Program-made: the position numbers and the translations under genes
The notes under the pieces: model-generated
What the model saw: only the letters and a program-made list of their open reading frames with translations
Database searches by the model: none
What the model was told of the DNA's origin: nothing
From: Octopus sinensis
Taxonomy: Eukaryota
Direction: 5' to 3'
DNA length: 64,000 bases
NCBI RefSeq assembly: GCF_006345805.1
Contig: NC_043000.1
Location: forward strand, 101,432,001-101,496,000
Shown: piece by piece, positions 37,802 to 49,527 of the stretch
Layout of the letters: each line of letters starts with the position of its first letter
Numbering within the stretch: the first letter of the stretch is position 1

Positions 37802-37956
37802 AAGCTTTTTGCTCAACTCTTCCCAATTTTTGGGGAATGGGATGCTCTCCATGGGTTTCTTGTGACATTTATTACAGTACAACATAGCTGATATACACAA
37901 GGATGGACCAAGAGAAGAATTGAGCCAAAATGTGACAGATATTCTATTGACCAGGC
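37802..37956 (-). CDS. Candidate exon (xLVNRISVTFWLNSSLGPSLCISAMLYCNKCHKKPMESIPFPKNWEELSKKL)
   Basis: Very strong acceptor ttttgcttttcatcattcCAG, donor CTT|GTAATT; lies within the 134-aa non-repetitive ORF 37703-38107. Confidence 0.25.
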
Positions 37957-38880
37957 CTGGAATGATGAAAAGCAAAAATGGACAATGAGGTTTATTTCTT
38001 ATAAAAACACCATTAGTGACTTCATCACTATCAAGTTTAGTGAAGTTGTCTCCCTTACTTGTCAATATAATGAATATAAAGTTAGTCCTTAAAATTCTCC
38101 TTCCCAAATTTGTATTTTTTATTAAATTTTTGTTACAATCACCCTCTATTTGAATACACTTTTAATTAGCTTGCTACAGGTATGTGCATTATCATCATCA
38201 TTAATGTCTATTCTTCTATACTTGCAAAACAAACAAGCTGGATATATTTATATAAAAAAAAAAATCTTGAAGCAAATTAAACCCACATAGCATATCAAGG
38301 CATGTTAGGGAGTTTGGGCACTCTTTTTCAGTGGACTGCAAGCAAATGTTACTCTTGAGTGAAGTCATTGCTTACAGCCAGTGAGTACATGTTAAGGTGA
38401 GAGAAATAAGACTGCATTATCTAATACACCTTTCTTTGATGTTGTTGTTTAGCCCCAGGTCAGTCTTGACTCAACAGGCCTATGATCAATGATATTTCAG
38501 CAATAACCATCCTGTCTATTCATCAGATATAGTGACCTTACTAGTGCTAGTGTCACAAGGTAAAAAAAAAAGCAACCATTCTGTAAAGGGGTTGTCATTA
38601 GGAAGGGCATCCAGCTGTAGAGATCTCACCAGAGCAGTGTATTCCTGTGGTTTGTTGGATCCTGTGCTTGATCTGTAAGTTACTCTTTTGTGATTCCCTG
38701 TAATCATCTTCCATGAAATTTTTATTATCTAGTTAACTCAGGAACTCTCTAGGATAGGAAGGGATATAGGAAGGGCTGTAGAGCCACAAATATTTTAGAA
38801 TCAGTCTACCATGACATTTTGTATGATGTATCACATAAAATCAATTCCCATACTAGTATGGAACACAGATTCTTAAGGAA

Positions 38881-38914
<34 letters not shown>

Positions 38915-39036
38915 CTGTTTAGTGGAATCAAAGGTGCCATGCAGTAAAACTGAACCCAAGTTGAGAAGTAAGCCCAGATTCATAGGATTGTAAAGCAGTG
39001 ATGGGAGACCAACACAGACACAGAAATACACACATA

Positions 39037-39425
39037 TAAGGATAAGTCAAAAATTATACACACTCTTGTTTTTTCAAAAAAAATTTACACAAAAGTAGGG
39101 GATAAACAAGTACACCATTTATAGTATAATCCCCTTCCTTTTCAATGCACTTGGTCCAGCAGTCCACAAGCTTGTGTATTCCGTCCAAGAAGAAGGATTT
39201 TGTTTGGTTGTATAATCATTTATGCAACACTTCATTCTCATATTCATCTGTAGGAAATCAACAACCTCGTAAACCATTTTTGGGCGGTCCTAAGATATGA
39301 TAGTCAGAAGGGGTGAGATCTGGGCTGTCGACAGGGTGTTCCAGCACCTCAAAACCCAATTGGTTAATGGCTTCAGCAGTTGGGCGGCCATGTGTGGGTG
39401 TGCATTGGGATGCAACAACCAAACT
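39037..39425 (-). mobile_element. Mariner (DD34D-type) transposase 3' fragment with one TIR
   Basis: Minus strand LLHPNAHPH../..LGFEVLEHPVDSPDLTPSDYHILGP.KNGLRG.*FPTDE...FFLDGIHKLVDCWTKCIEKEGDY; TIR ATAATTTTTGACTTATCCTTA|TA. Confidence 0.85.
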
Positions 39426-40293
39426 TATCTGGCCATGAGGAAAATGATTCCTTACTTGGTAAATGGAAACTGAAAGAAGGCCATGGTGTGTGTGTATGTG
39501 TGTGCATGTGTGCTCACATGCACATGTCTGTTGTGGGGGTGGGGTGCTTTCAATTGAAGTCCTTTGTGATATTTGTTCTGTGATGAATTACAAACACTCA
39601 CCATCAGAAATGCAGAGAATGAGCTATTTACCTATTGGAGAAAACTTTAGCCAACAATAATGTTGTTCATGAACTGTGATATGGAATAAATGAATAAAAT
39701 AAACTCCATGATATTTTGATGTAAAATCACTTTGTTATGGCAATACTTATCCTCCTACGATGCTGGTCTCTATTCAGTTATGTCACATATATCCATGAAA
39801 ATTAATTCTAGTGAAGATATTGCATTTTATCAATGTCTACTTGTTATTTCATGACAGTTATCACCTTGGTTTATCATACACCACCAAATTTCAGCTTCAA
39901 AAAAGAAAACAATCAAAAAAGACAAAGTGTAGGACTCTGCTTAATGTACTCTCAGATGCATAATGGTTCTTCAATGGTTTTGATGATAGACATTAAGTTA
40001 TTCAATCAGCTGAATTACCTATTTGTTAAATGCATTTATTACATGGGATTTCTGTTGGTCAATGTTGACTATGCGTCTGAGCATGTATGTACAGACTTCA
40101 TTTAGCTTTTGCTCGTTTCAGTCATTGGACTGCAGCCACAATGGGACACCACATTGAAGGGTTTTTGTTGAACAAATTGACCCCAGTATTTATTATTACT
40201 TTTAAGTCTGGTATTTATCCTACGAGTCAGTTTTGCTGAACTGGTTATCAAGCAGAGGTGGGGGGTGGGGTGGTAAACACATACATACATACA

Positions 40294-40374
<81 letters not shown>

Positions 40375-42431
40375 ATACATACATATGTGTATACATACAT
40401 ATATGTGTGTATGTGTGAGTGTATGTATGTATGTGCTTATGTATATCTTTTACATCTTTTACTTGTTTGTCATGAGACTGAGGCCATGAAGGAATTTAGT
40501 TGAAACGAATCAACCCCAGCACTATTTCTTTAAAACCTGGCACTTATTCTACCAATCTCTTTTGCTGAACCACTAGATTATGGGGGCATAAACACACCAA
40601 CACCATTATCAAGCAGTGATGGGGAACAAACACAGACACAAAGACACACACACACACACACATATATATGATGAGCTTCTTTCAGTTTCCGTCTACCAAA
40701 TCCATTCAGAAGGCTTTGGTCAGCCTGGGGCCATTGTCAAAGACACTTGTTCGAGGCGCCATGCAGTGTAACTGAACCCAGGCTGGGAAGTAAACTCCTT
40801 AATACACGGTTTCCACTTGCCAAATTCACTTACAAAGCTTTGGCTAGCCCAGGGCTATAATCCTTTCTAGTAAAAGCAGATAGCCTGAAATTTTAAGAAA
40901 GGGAACTAGTCAATTACATCAACCCCAGTGTTTCACTGGTACTTAATTTATCAACCCTGAAAAGCTGAAAGATAAAATCAACTCTGGCGGAATTTGAACT
41001 CAGGACATAAAGACCAATGAAACCACTAAGCATTTTTCCCAGCATGCTAACGATTCTAACAATTCTGCCAGCTCTAGAAGACCATGTGGTTGCAAAGTAA
41101 GCTTCTTAACCATACAGCCATGCTTGCACCTTTCTTGAGCAAGTTTTTTTTTTTTTTTCTGTTGAGGAAGATTAACAGTTACCACTCTTAGAAACGCAAT
41201 ATCTCAGAAAAATCCAAAATAAAAAAAAAAAGAAAAAACAGCATGGTAATGACTGAACCATCAAGTAGATTCACCTGATGTAGGGGTACTCCACAACCTC
41301 CATCCTGCCACAAAATATTTCTACCTTTTGTGTGTCAGCAGGTGTCAATTGATTTCAGTTTGTGTAACCATTCTACAGAGGTCATTATTGCCTACATGAA
41401 GATATTTCTATTGAAGTGCTTGATCTATAAGTTACTCTTTTGTGATTCCCTGTAATCATCTCCCATGGCATTTTTATTATCTAGTTAACTCAGGAACTCT
41501 CTGGGATAGGAAGGGATATAGGATGGGCTGTAGAGCCACAAATATTTCAGAATCAGTCTACCATGGCATTTTGTATGGTGTATCACATAAAATCAACTCC
41601 CATTGCATTCTATGGTAGGAGTCAACAAGAGTTTCTGTCTGTCAATTTGTCTGTCTCTCTCTTTCTTTCTCTCTCTTTGTAGTCATTTGACTTGCTCAAA
41701 AATGTCACCTAAAATCATTAACATAACATGCTACCATCTTATAAAAAAAGAAGGGACACATTGTATAACGGTAGTCCCAGATACACTGTGACTAAAAATA
41801 TAAATGCAATAATGAAATGACTACTTCTCTGAACACGTCTATATTTCCACCTATAACTGTATCTATCACCAGTATCTACAGATAAGCCTCTACATGATTA
41901 TTGAATCTGCTAGAAATAGCAGTTAAACTCCCTTCAAATGAAAAAAAGGCACATTAGATAATGTGCCTTTTATCAGATGCCCTTTATCACAGTCCTGCTT
42001 GGTCAGACTAACCTAGGGCTAAAGAAGAACGCTTTCCTGAGGCCCAAAGTAAATTAATATGTGCCAGGTACTTGTGCCTCATGAAAAGCACCCAAGTCAC
42101 TTTGAAAAGTGGCTGGCACTAGGAAGAGCATCCAGCTGTAAAAACCTTGCTAAAACAGACCTTGCCAGTGCTGGTGCTATGTGAAAAGCACTTAGTCCAC
42201 TTTGTAAGGTGGTTGGTATTAGGAAGGGCATATAGCCATAAAAATCATGCCAAAGTAGACAGTGAAGCCCAGTGCTGTCTTCTGGTTTGTCAAACCATCC
42301 AACCTATGCCGGTATGGAAAATAGATGTTAAAAGATGGTGATGATGATGATGATCATCATCATCATCATAACATGCAACCATTTATGACATAAACTACCA
42401 TGAGACAACATTACAGTTTATGAAGGTCATT

Positions 42432-42538
42432 GTGCTGCTACGGTGGTACATATTCTAAAATTGGAACAATACAGAGAAGATTAGCATGGCCCCCTGTGCA
42501 AGGATGACACACAAATTTGTGAAGCATTCCATATTTTT
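42432..42538 (+). pseudogene. U6: Full-length U6 snRNA retrocopy (pseudogene)
   Basis: CATATTCTAAAATTGGAACAATACAGAGAAGATTAGCATGGCCCCCTGTGCAAGGATGACACACAAATTTGTGAAGCATTCCATATTTTT. The ACAGAGA box and AGC triad are intact. Five CpG-type transitions and one extra C relative to the metazoan consensus. Confidence 0.92.
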
Positions 42539-42543
42539 AAAAT

Positions 42544-42700
42544 AGCCTGGTGCAGCCATCTTTGCCTGGCGCAGCCATTTGCCAGGTGCAGCCATTTGCC
42601 TGGTGCAGCCGTCTGGCTCACCAGTCCCCAGTCAAATCGTCCAACCCATGCCAGCATGGAAAGCGAACGTTAAACGATGATGATGAGGATGATGATGATT
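42544..42700 (+). mobile_element. RTE 3'-terminal fragment fused behind U6
   Basis: Four copies of GCCTGGTGCAGCC, then CCAGTCCCCAGTCAAATCGTCCAACCCATGCCAGCATGGAAAGCGAACGTTAAAC(GAT)n. Confidence 0.85.
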
Positions 42701-43004
42701 CATTGCATCCAGGGCTCAGATATGCAAAAACTTGTTGGAAATGAGTAAAAGAGGGGACATCAAGTGAAGTAGAGAAAGACACAACTGAAAACTGAAAGTT
42801 CACACACAGTACAAAGAATAAAACAAAACAAGACAGAAAAGTGAACAATAATGTCAAAACAAAATTTCAAGCATTAATACAAGTTTCAAATTTTGACACA
42901 AGGCTAGCAAGTTTCAAGTTGATTATATCAGTCCCAGTGTTCAACTGAAACTTAGTCATGGCCAAGAGTTTGAAACATCTTTTTAAAAATTAAAATTGTT
43001 ATAT

Positions 43005-43397
43005 GGCTTGCTTACCAACCACATGGTTCCGGGTTCAGTCCCACTGCGTGGCACCTTGGGCAACTGTCTTCTACTATAGCCTTGGGCCGACCAAAGCCTA
43101 AGTGGATTTGGTAGATGGAAACTGAAGGAAGCTTCTCATATATATGTATATATATATGTGTGTGTGTTTGTGTGTGTGTGTATATGTTTGTGAGTCTGTG
43201 TTTGTCCCCCCAACATTGCTTGACAACCGATGCTGGTGTGTTTATGTCCCTGTAACTTAGCAGTTCGGCAAAGAGACCGATAGAATAAGTACTAGGCTTA
43301 CAAAGAATAAGTCCTGGGGTCAATTTGCTCGACTAAAGGCGGTGCTCCAGCATGGCCACAGTCAAATGACTGAAAGAAGTAAAAGAGTAAAAGAGTA
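43005..43397 (+). mobile_element. SINE family A, full length
   Basis: Head, core, internal (TA/TG)n and GTAAAAGA tail. Confidence 0.85.
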
Positions 43398-43499
43398 TCC
43401 TCAACTACAATTCGATTCAAATGTAGGCATTGTAGAAATATACTTACCTAATTACTGATCCCATGGGTCAATATCTAGAAGAAAAAGTTTTCAGACCTA

Positions 43500-43718
43500 T
43501 GTTCCAACTTTTTGGCCAAGTTAGAATAAATTGCAAATTAAAAATAACTTTAGACATTTAATATAAACATTCTAATTTTCAATAATTGGTTCAATGGTTC
43601 AATCACTAGAAGAAAAAAATAGGTAAAATCAAAAATATAGTTCTAGGCCAAATTGCTTACCTTTAATAAATAGAAGTTAGTATGTCACAAAAATGTTCCA
43701 AACTTTTGGCCACAGCAG
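43500..43718. mobile_element. Solo IR/DR-type terminal repeat of a Tc1-like element
   Basis: TGTTCCAAACTTTTGGCCACAGCAG|TA terminus with an inner direct repeat TGTTCCAACTTTTTGGCCA about 195 bp upstream. Confidence 0.55.
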
Positions 43719-44057
43719 TACTTTATTGACTTCAATAGGATGGAAAACAAAGTAGACCTTGGTGGAATTTGAACTCAGAATGCAAAGAGCCAGAAGAAAT
43801 ACTACTAAGTGTTTCTTCCAATGTACTCATGGTTCTGTTAGCTGACTGATTTATTTCAACCACTAATTTCACTAAATGATTCATACACACATGATAAAGA
43901 TTGAAAATATTTTTGAAAATTAGGGTATTTAAAAGACACCCTCTTTGACTTCAGTACCCATATAAAAATTTCCCCTATCACTTAGGGGGCAATACTGTGC
44001 ACTATGAGAAGCATTGACATTAACCCATCATGGGACATTGCTAAAGTGGTTACTTAA

Positions 44058-44290
44058 CCCTTTAGCATACAGATAACTCTGTCAAATGTAATGAATAATT
44101 TATTCACATTGTTTTGAATTAATTATGCATTATCTCATAGCTTTGGGATTTCAATGATGTGATTGTTTATTTTTAGAATGACACTTTAGAATATGTGTGA
44201 GAGGCCACATCTGGATGATTTGAACATAAAACAGATAGAATATAGCCTGATATAAACAGGTCTGATATGGCTGATTTAAATGTTAAAGAG
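44058..44290. mobile_element. piggyBac-type MITE (same family as 23028)
   Basis: TTAA|CCCTTTAGCAT ... ATGTTAAAGAG|TTAA. Confidence 0.75.
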
Positions 44291-45834
44291 TTAAAATTCT
44301 TATGTCGTAAATCACCATGTGATATTTCTACACTACTTTATTATATAAACCATGTGTATGATGTTATCGGAGTGCTTATTTACAATCAGCTATATCATAA
44401 ATCTCCATGTGATATCACTACAGTTCTTTATTACATTCACTTATGACACAAACCACCATATGACATAACTTCAGGGGTCAGCTATGATCAATTATATATT
44501 GAATACGCTTTATATAATTGTGGTATTCGTTTTGTTTGCTTTGTTCCTCTAAAAGAAAAGAAATCTTTGGTGACAGATGGTGTGCCAAGGTGTGATGAAT
44601 TAGCACTTTTCCAGAATGCCGTTAGAGATATAATTAAAGAAATTGCAATTATGAATAGAAACCAAATGATGGACTTAGTTAGCCAATATGAAACTGTTAC
44701 ACTATGACCCTAATAACCTGATATAATGTTAATGAAAATAGCACTGTTAATAGTTTATAATTATGTTAATGATAATGATGCGGATGATGGTAATGATAAC
44801 GGTGATAGTTATTTAAAAGTTAAAATAGCATTTTAGAACTTGCTTGTCTTCAGTCAATCAATAATAGAGTGTGATTATTGATAGCATGATCAACAGCCAA
44901 CTCTCCTAAGAATAGTTATGTTCTCACTTAACAAAAGTATTTCGTTTATTTTGCAACTTCCTAATGAAATTAACTAATGAGAACTAAATGGTGTCTGTAC
45001 TGTTGCTGTGGTTATCATTATGAGAGGAATGCTTAAGGCTTTGCATCTAATTGATAATTATTGTTAATTATCTATTTTTATTAATTGAATCATTTATTCG
45101 TTTTCAGTTCCCATTTTAGACTGCGTTTCACTTACATTAATAATGGTCTTCTCTTTTTATGAAAGGCATAAATAATACAACTTCCTTTTTCTTCTGATGA
45201 ATACGAGATTTTATAGCTCGCTACAAAATTACTATGCTGTAGTGTGATAATTTCCACTATGAATACTAAGCTGCACACTTTGGGTGCATTTGATTATATC
45301 AAGCCTAGTATTTAACTACAATTCATTTCATCAATCCAAGAAGGCACAAGTATGGTTGTGTGGTAATGTAGTTCATTTCTCAACCACATAGTTTCTGGTT
45401 CTGTCCTACTGTGTGACACCTTGAGTGAGTGTTTTCTACTATAGCACTCTGCTGACCAAAGACTTTAGTAAATTTCGTAGGTGAAAATTGAAAGAACCTC
45501 ATCGTCTATGTGTGTGTGTATACAGTGGTATTTCTTTTTTATCTGGGTTTAATCCAATATGAAAGCAAGCACTTATTTTCTTTGTCAAAGCCTTGATAAT
45601 TGTTGAGGGACTTAACATAAAAACAATGGTAACCATAATCCACGTATGCTGTTGGTGATTTATTTTTATCCTTCTTTGAACTTTTCCCACTTTCTTTTCT
45701 GACAAAGAACTATGCTTGAAACGTCAAAAACTCTCACTTTTTACTAAGCATCAAACTAATACATTCCTTGTGCACATGTCCTCTTGTTGTCTGTTATTTT
45801 AAATTTTATTGTTTGTTTATTTGATTTGACTATC

Positions 45835-47373
45835 CAGTGGTACCATTTAATTTAAGAACGCTAGTATACTAAAGTTAAAATGGCATTTTTTATATATTCA
45901 AGTTGTAAATTGTGAATTAAGATGTATATCAAAATAAAGAAATTTTCACAAACTTTAATATGGTATACAGCTTTACAGCATAACATCAATATATCAATTT
46001 TAAATTAAAAATAAACTTTATTTTGCGTAAGTTACATTGCCATTTAATTGAAGAATGATTTGCAAAATTGCATTCTTTTTGCCTTATTGATTAATATAAA
46101 TGTCGGGTAATTTGCATGCTGTTAAAATTTCTAAGTTACTTAATAGTTGTGATGAGTAAGAGACAAAACTTAACGCCAGAATGAGTATTGTTTAGCTTAG
46201 TAGGCTGAAATAGTCACATAAGGCTATTTGAAATGAAGTTGGATGCTCTAAAACAGCTGCCTACAAGGCTGTCCATCTTTATATACTAATGATTATAAAG
46301 ACCACTTTCAACCTGAGCAACCAAGAGAAACAATGGCACAAATGGATAGATACATTCATAGACTGTTCCCAAAAAAATTTTAATGACTGCTGTTGACATT
46401 TTAAAAGAAATTCAGCAAAAATATGGACTTGCCATTGGCGTGTTCACCATAATAAAAACCATTTCAAAGAATTTGGACTTCTAGGGCAGAGTCTCTTGAA
46501 AAAAGCTATATGTTTCTTTAAAAAATTGATGTGCCTGAATACAGTTTGCAAAAGAGCATTTGAATTGGAGTCCAGCAGATTGGCTAAATGTGTTGTGGTT
46601 CGACAAGTCAAAGTTCAACTTGTTCGACAATGATGGCAGGATGTATGTAAGAATGCAGTGGTGGAAGTGCGATGGTGTGGATGTGCTTGTCTGGAAAAGG
46701 TGTCGGTCCTATAATCTGAATCAAGGGCATTATGGACAGTAAGTCCTATCTAGAAATATTGGATAAGACTATGCTTCCATATACCCAAAAGCATTTGGGC
46801 TGATCTTGGACTTTCCAGCATGACAACGATCCGAAACACACCTCGCACCTAGTCAGAGATTACATTAGGTCTAAGAGAGTTCAGTTGATGCAATGGCCAG
46901 TGCAGTCACCCGACCTATCTCCCATTGAAAATCTTTGGGAAAGGTTGGGTAGAGCTGTGCAAAGTAGTAAGTCAAAGAATAAGAATGATTTTTTAAACAT
47001 TATTAGCCAAAATTGGGAAAAGATCTTAGAAACAAAAATAAACAATGTAAACAATTCTATGTTTCACAGAAGCAAAGCTGTATTAAGTAATTTTGGATAC
47101 CCAACCAAATACTGATGTGTGAGCTTATTATTATAATAAGAATTTTTTTTTTTTGTTAATCTCAGAATAAGCTTTTTAAAGCAAAAAACTGAAATTTAAC
47201 AAATTGCTCCTAAATTAAATGGTGCTATAAATTACAATAATTAAGATGATATTAATATATGTTGCTGTTACACTGTAAAATTGATATGTTACCATATGAA
47301 ATCTTCTTTATTTTGATATATATCTTAATTCATAATTTACAACTTGAATATATAAAATCAAATTGCGCCACTA
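45835..47373 (+). mobile_element. Near full-length Tc1-family DNA transposon with long IR/DR terminal repeats
   Basis: CAGTGG... / ...CCACTA|TA ends. TIR homology TTTTATATATTCAAGTTGTAAATT..GAATTAAGAT..ATATCAAAATAAAGAA at both ends. The DR motif (A/G)CCATTTAATT.AxGAx occurs at about 45842 and 46040 and inverted at about 47205-47225. Confidence 0.88.
46190..47115 (+). pseudogene. Tc1 DD34E transposase pseudogene
   Basis: VGCSKTAAYKAV..(G)QPRET..; EHLNWSPADWLNVLWFDKSKFNLF; FQHDNDPKHTSHLV...QWPVQSPDLSPIENLW with exactly 34 residues between D and E; ..GYPTKY*. Several frameshifts, stops and an internal deletion. Confidence 0.9.
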
Positions 47374-47539
47374 TACACACACATGTGTATGTGTGTGGTG
47401 GTGAGTGTTGTGTGTATTTGTGTAGGTTTGAATTCCCCTTGTCTACACACGTTTTGCTTGCTATAAACAATGGCTTCGCTTATGGTGCTATTTACCTGCA
47501 GTCCACTATGGCAGCATCTTCAGATGTCTTTATATGTTA

Positions 47540-47952
47540 CTCTTTTACTCTTTACTCTTTTACTTGTTTCAGTCATTTGACTGCGGCCATGCTGGAGCAC
47601 CGCCTTTAGTCGAGCAAATCGACCCCGGGACTTATTCTTTGTAAGCCCAGTACTTATTCTATCGGTCTCTTTTGCTGAACCGCTAAGTATCGGGGATGTA
47701 AACACACCAGCATCGGTTGTCAAGCAATGCTAGGGGGACAAACACAGACACACAAACACACACACATACATATATATATCATATATACGACAGGCTTCTT
47801 TCAGTTTCCGTCTACCAAATCCACTCACAAGTCATTGGTCAGCCCGGGGCTATAGCAGAAGACACTTGCCCAAGATGCCACACAGTGGGACTGAACCCGG
47901 AACCATGTGGTCGGTTAGCAAGCTACTTACCACACAGCCACTCCTGCGCCTA
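47540..47952 (-). mobile_element. SINE family A, young full-length copy
   Basis: CpG-rich and complete from TAGGCGCAGGAG to the (TAAAAGAG)n tail; possible short TSD TATGT(T). Confidence 0.9.
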
Positions 47953-49153
47953 TGTTGTGCAATCTTTGTAAACAAAAGACTTGCTTTGATGTCATTTGCT
48001 TCCAGTTCTTCAGGCAAACAATTCTGGGCTGTTTGTTGTCTGATTGACTAAAAGGTTATAATCTTACTTGAGAAAAGATACTGTGGGTGACAATAGGAAG
48101 TGCACCTGGCTATAGAAAACTCTGGCCCAACACACTTTTGTTTGATCCATATAAGTAAGCATGTAAAAGTAAACAATAATTAAATGCTGAATTATGATGA
48201 TGATGATGGTGGTGGTGGGGGTGATGGCAGTGGTGAAGGATAAAAAGCAAATTTTAACTCAGACTTTATGTATATACATTGGCAATAGGCCAGTTACTGC
48301 AGTGTTTGTCCTGAAATAACATCTCTTATGGACTTGCTGTGTTAAAGACATTCTGTTTAAGAAGCAATTACGGCAAGTAATTGGTCAACAGACAGTGTGT
48401 ATACTTTGAGTATGATATACAAATGGCTATTTTAATTTAATACTGCTTCAATTGTTTGTATTAGGTTTTTAAATCAAAATTTAAAGAGATAGCTCCAAAT
48501 ATTATGTGGCAGTTCTCCCAGCATTTATTCTGCCAATGTACTGTTGTGTTATCCAGTAGCAACTGGAAATAAATATGGATGGGAAACAAATTAATAAAAC
48601 TTTACTTCTCAACTAGTTCCCTTCCTTTTGTTACCATCTTTCTGTGTTTCAATTAAATTCCTAATTAATCATGAGTTTAGACTGGTTTTATGATACAACT
48701 ATAACTTTCGTTTTTATTGATACATTAAGGTGATGCCTGGAGCGCAAGTTGACAAAAGGCTCTTACATAAATCTATGATGCCAATTTTGTTTCAAAACTA
48801 CTCTAATTTATGGTAAATTCAGTGAAAATTTGGTTTAAAAATCACCATATAATGTGAGCTGTTAATCAATATTCTGCTGGGATTACATAACAACTGTAGA
48901 ATATATTAAAATTATGCTATAAATTATCAGTTGATCTTGAATGCATATAAAACAGGTGTACCATAAAGGTAGACTGGCATGAATTGCTGGAATTTGTTAA
49001 AATGTTTGAAGAATGCTACAATATGAAATAAATTCAGGTACAAAGGTATAAATACACATACATACATAGGCATCATAAAAATGAATAAAATGAAGCAAAA
49101 TTTGTCACTTAACATATGAGTAAATATTAATTGTAGAAAATTTGAAAATAAAT

Positions 49154-49527
49154 TAGTTGTATACTGTCAACTTAATGTGACAGTCCCATGAAAGGAATCA
49201 CAGCACTGCTATTTAGCCCTAGGAAGTATCAGTGCTTCCTGTCGGCCTTGACACATTTCCTGTGTTCTTATGTTTACAAGGGGGAGACAAGCACCTCCAT
49301 CCAGCTAAGCCTGCAACCAGAGACTAAGAGACTAGTTTTTGAGTCTTTGCTCGTCATCAGTCTGGAGTAGCATTGCCTGCTAGTTGGAGATGCCTGATTA
49401 CAAAAATAGAAATATTACATTTCTAAATATCTCAGAGAGATATAAGCAGTAGTGGTACGACAGAGTAGTTGCATACTGTCAACTTCATGTGACAGTCCCA
49501 TGAAGGGAATCACACTACTGCTATTTA
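49154..49527 (-). mobile_element. Retrozyme/pLTR-like unit: 312-bp period, 62-bp terminal direct repeat, internal minimal hammerhead remnant (49317-49365)
   Basis: Repeats at 49154-49215 and 49466-49527 (57/62 identical). Minus strand: CCAGA-CTGATGA-C-GAG(CAAAGA)CTC-AAAAA-CTAG-TC|[8-nt dup]-TCTGG. Confidence 0.55.

Noticed and set aside
42432-42538. U6 as a functional gene
   Set aside because: It has systematic CpG transitions, an extra C in the internal stem-loop region, an altered 5' stem, no evident upstream TATA at the expected distance, and is fused to a LINE tail.
44613-44705. Plus-strand open stretch NAVRDIIKEIAIMNRNQMMDLVSQYETVTL* after cttttcCAG
   Set aside because: It is only 30 codons, has no partner exons on that strand and no recognisable homology.
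45194-45250. CTGATGA followed by a CGAG/CTCG hairpin
   Set aside because: It is followed by CAAA rather than GAAA, with no credible stem I or stem III, so it is not called a hammerhead.
49154-49527. Direct repeats read as a CRISPR array or an LTR element
   Set aside because: There are only two 62-bp repeats with a 250-bp interval in a eukaryotic genome, with no cas genes, TG..CA ends, PBS or PPT.
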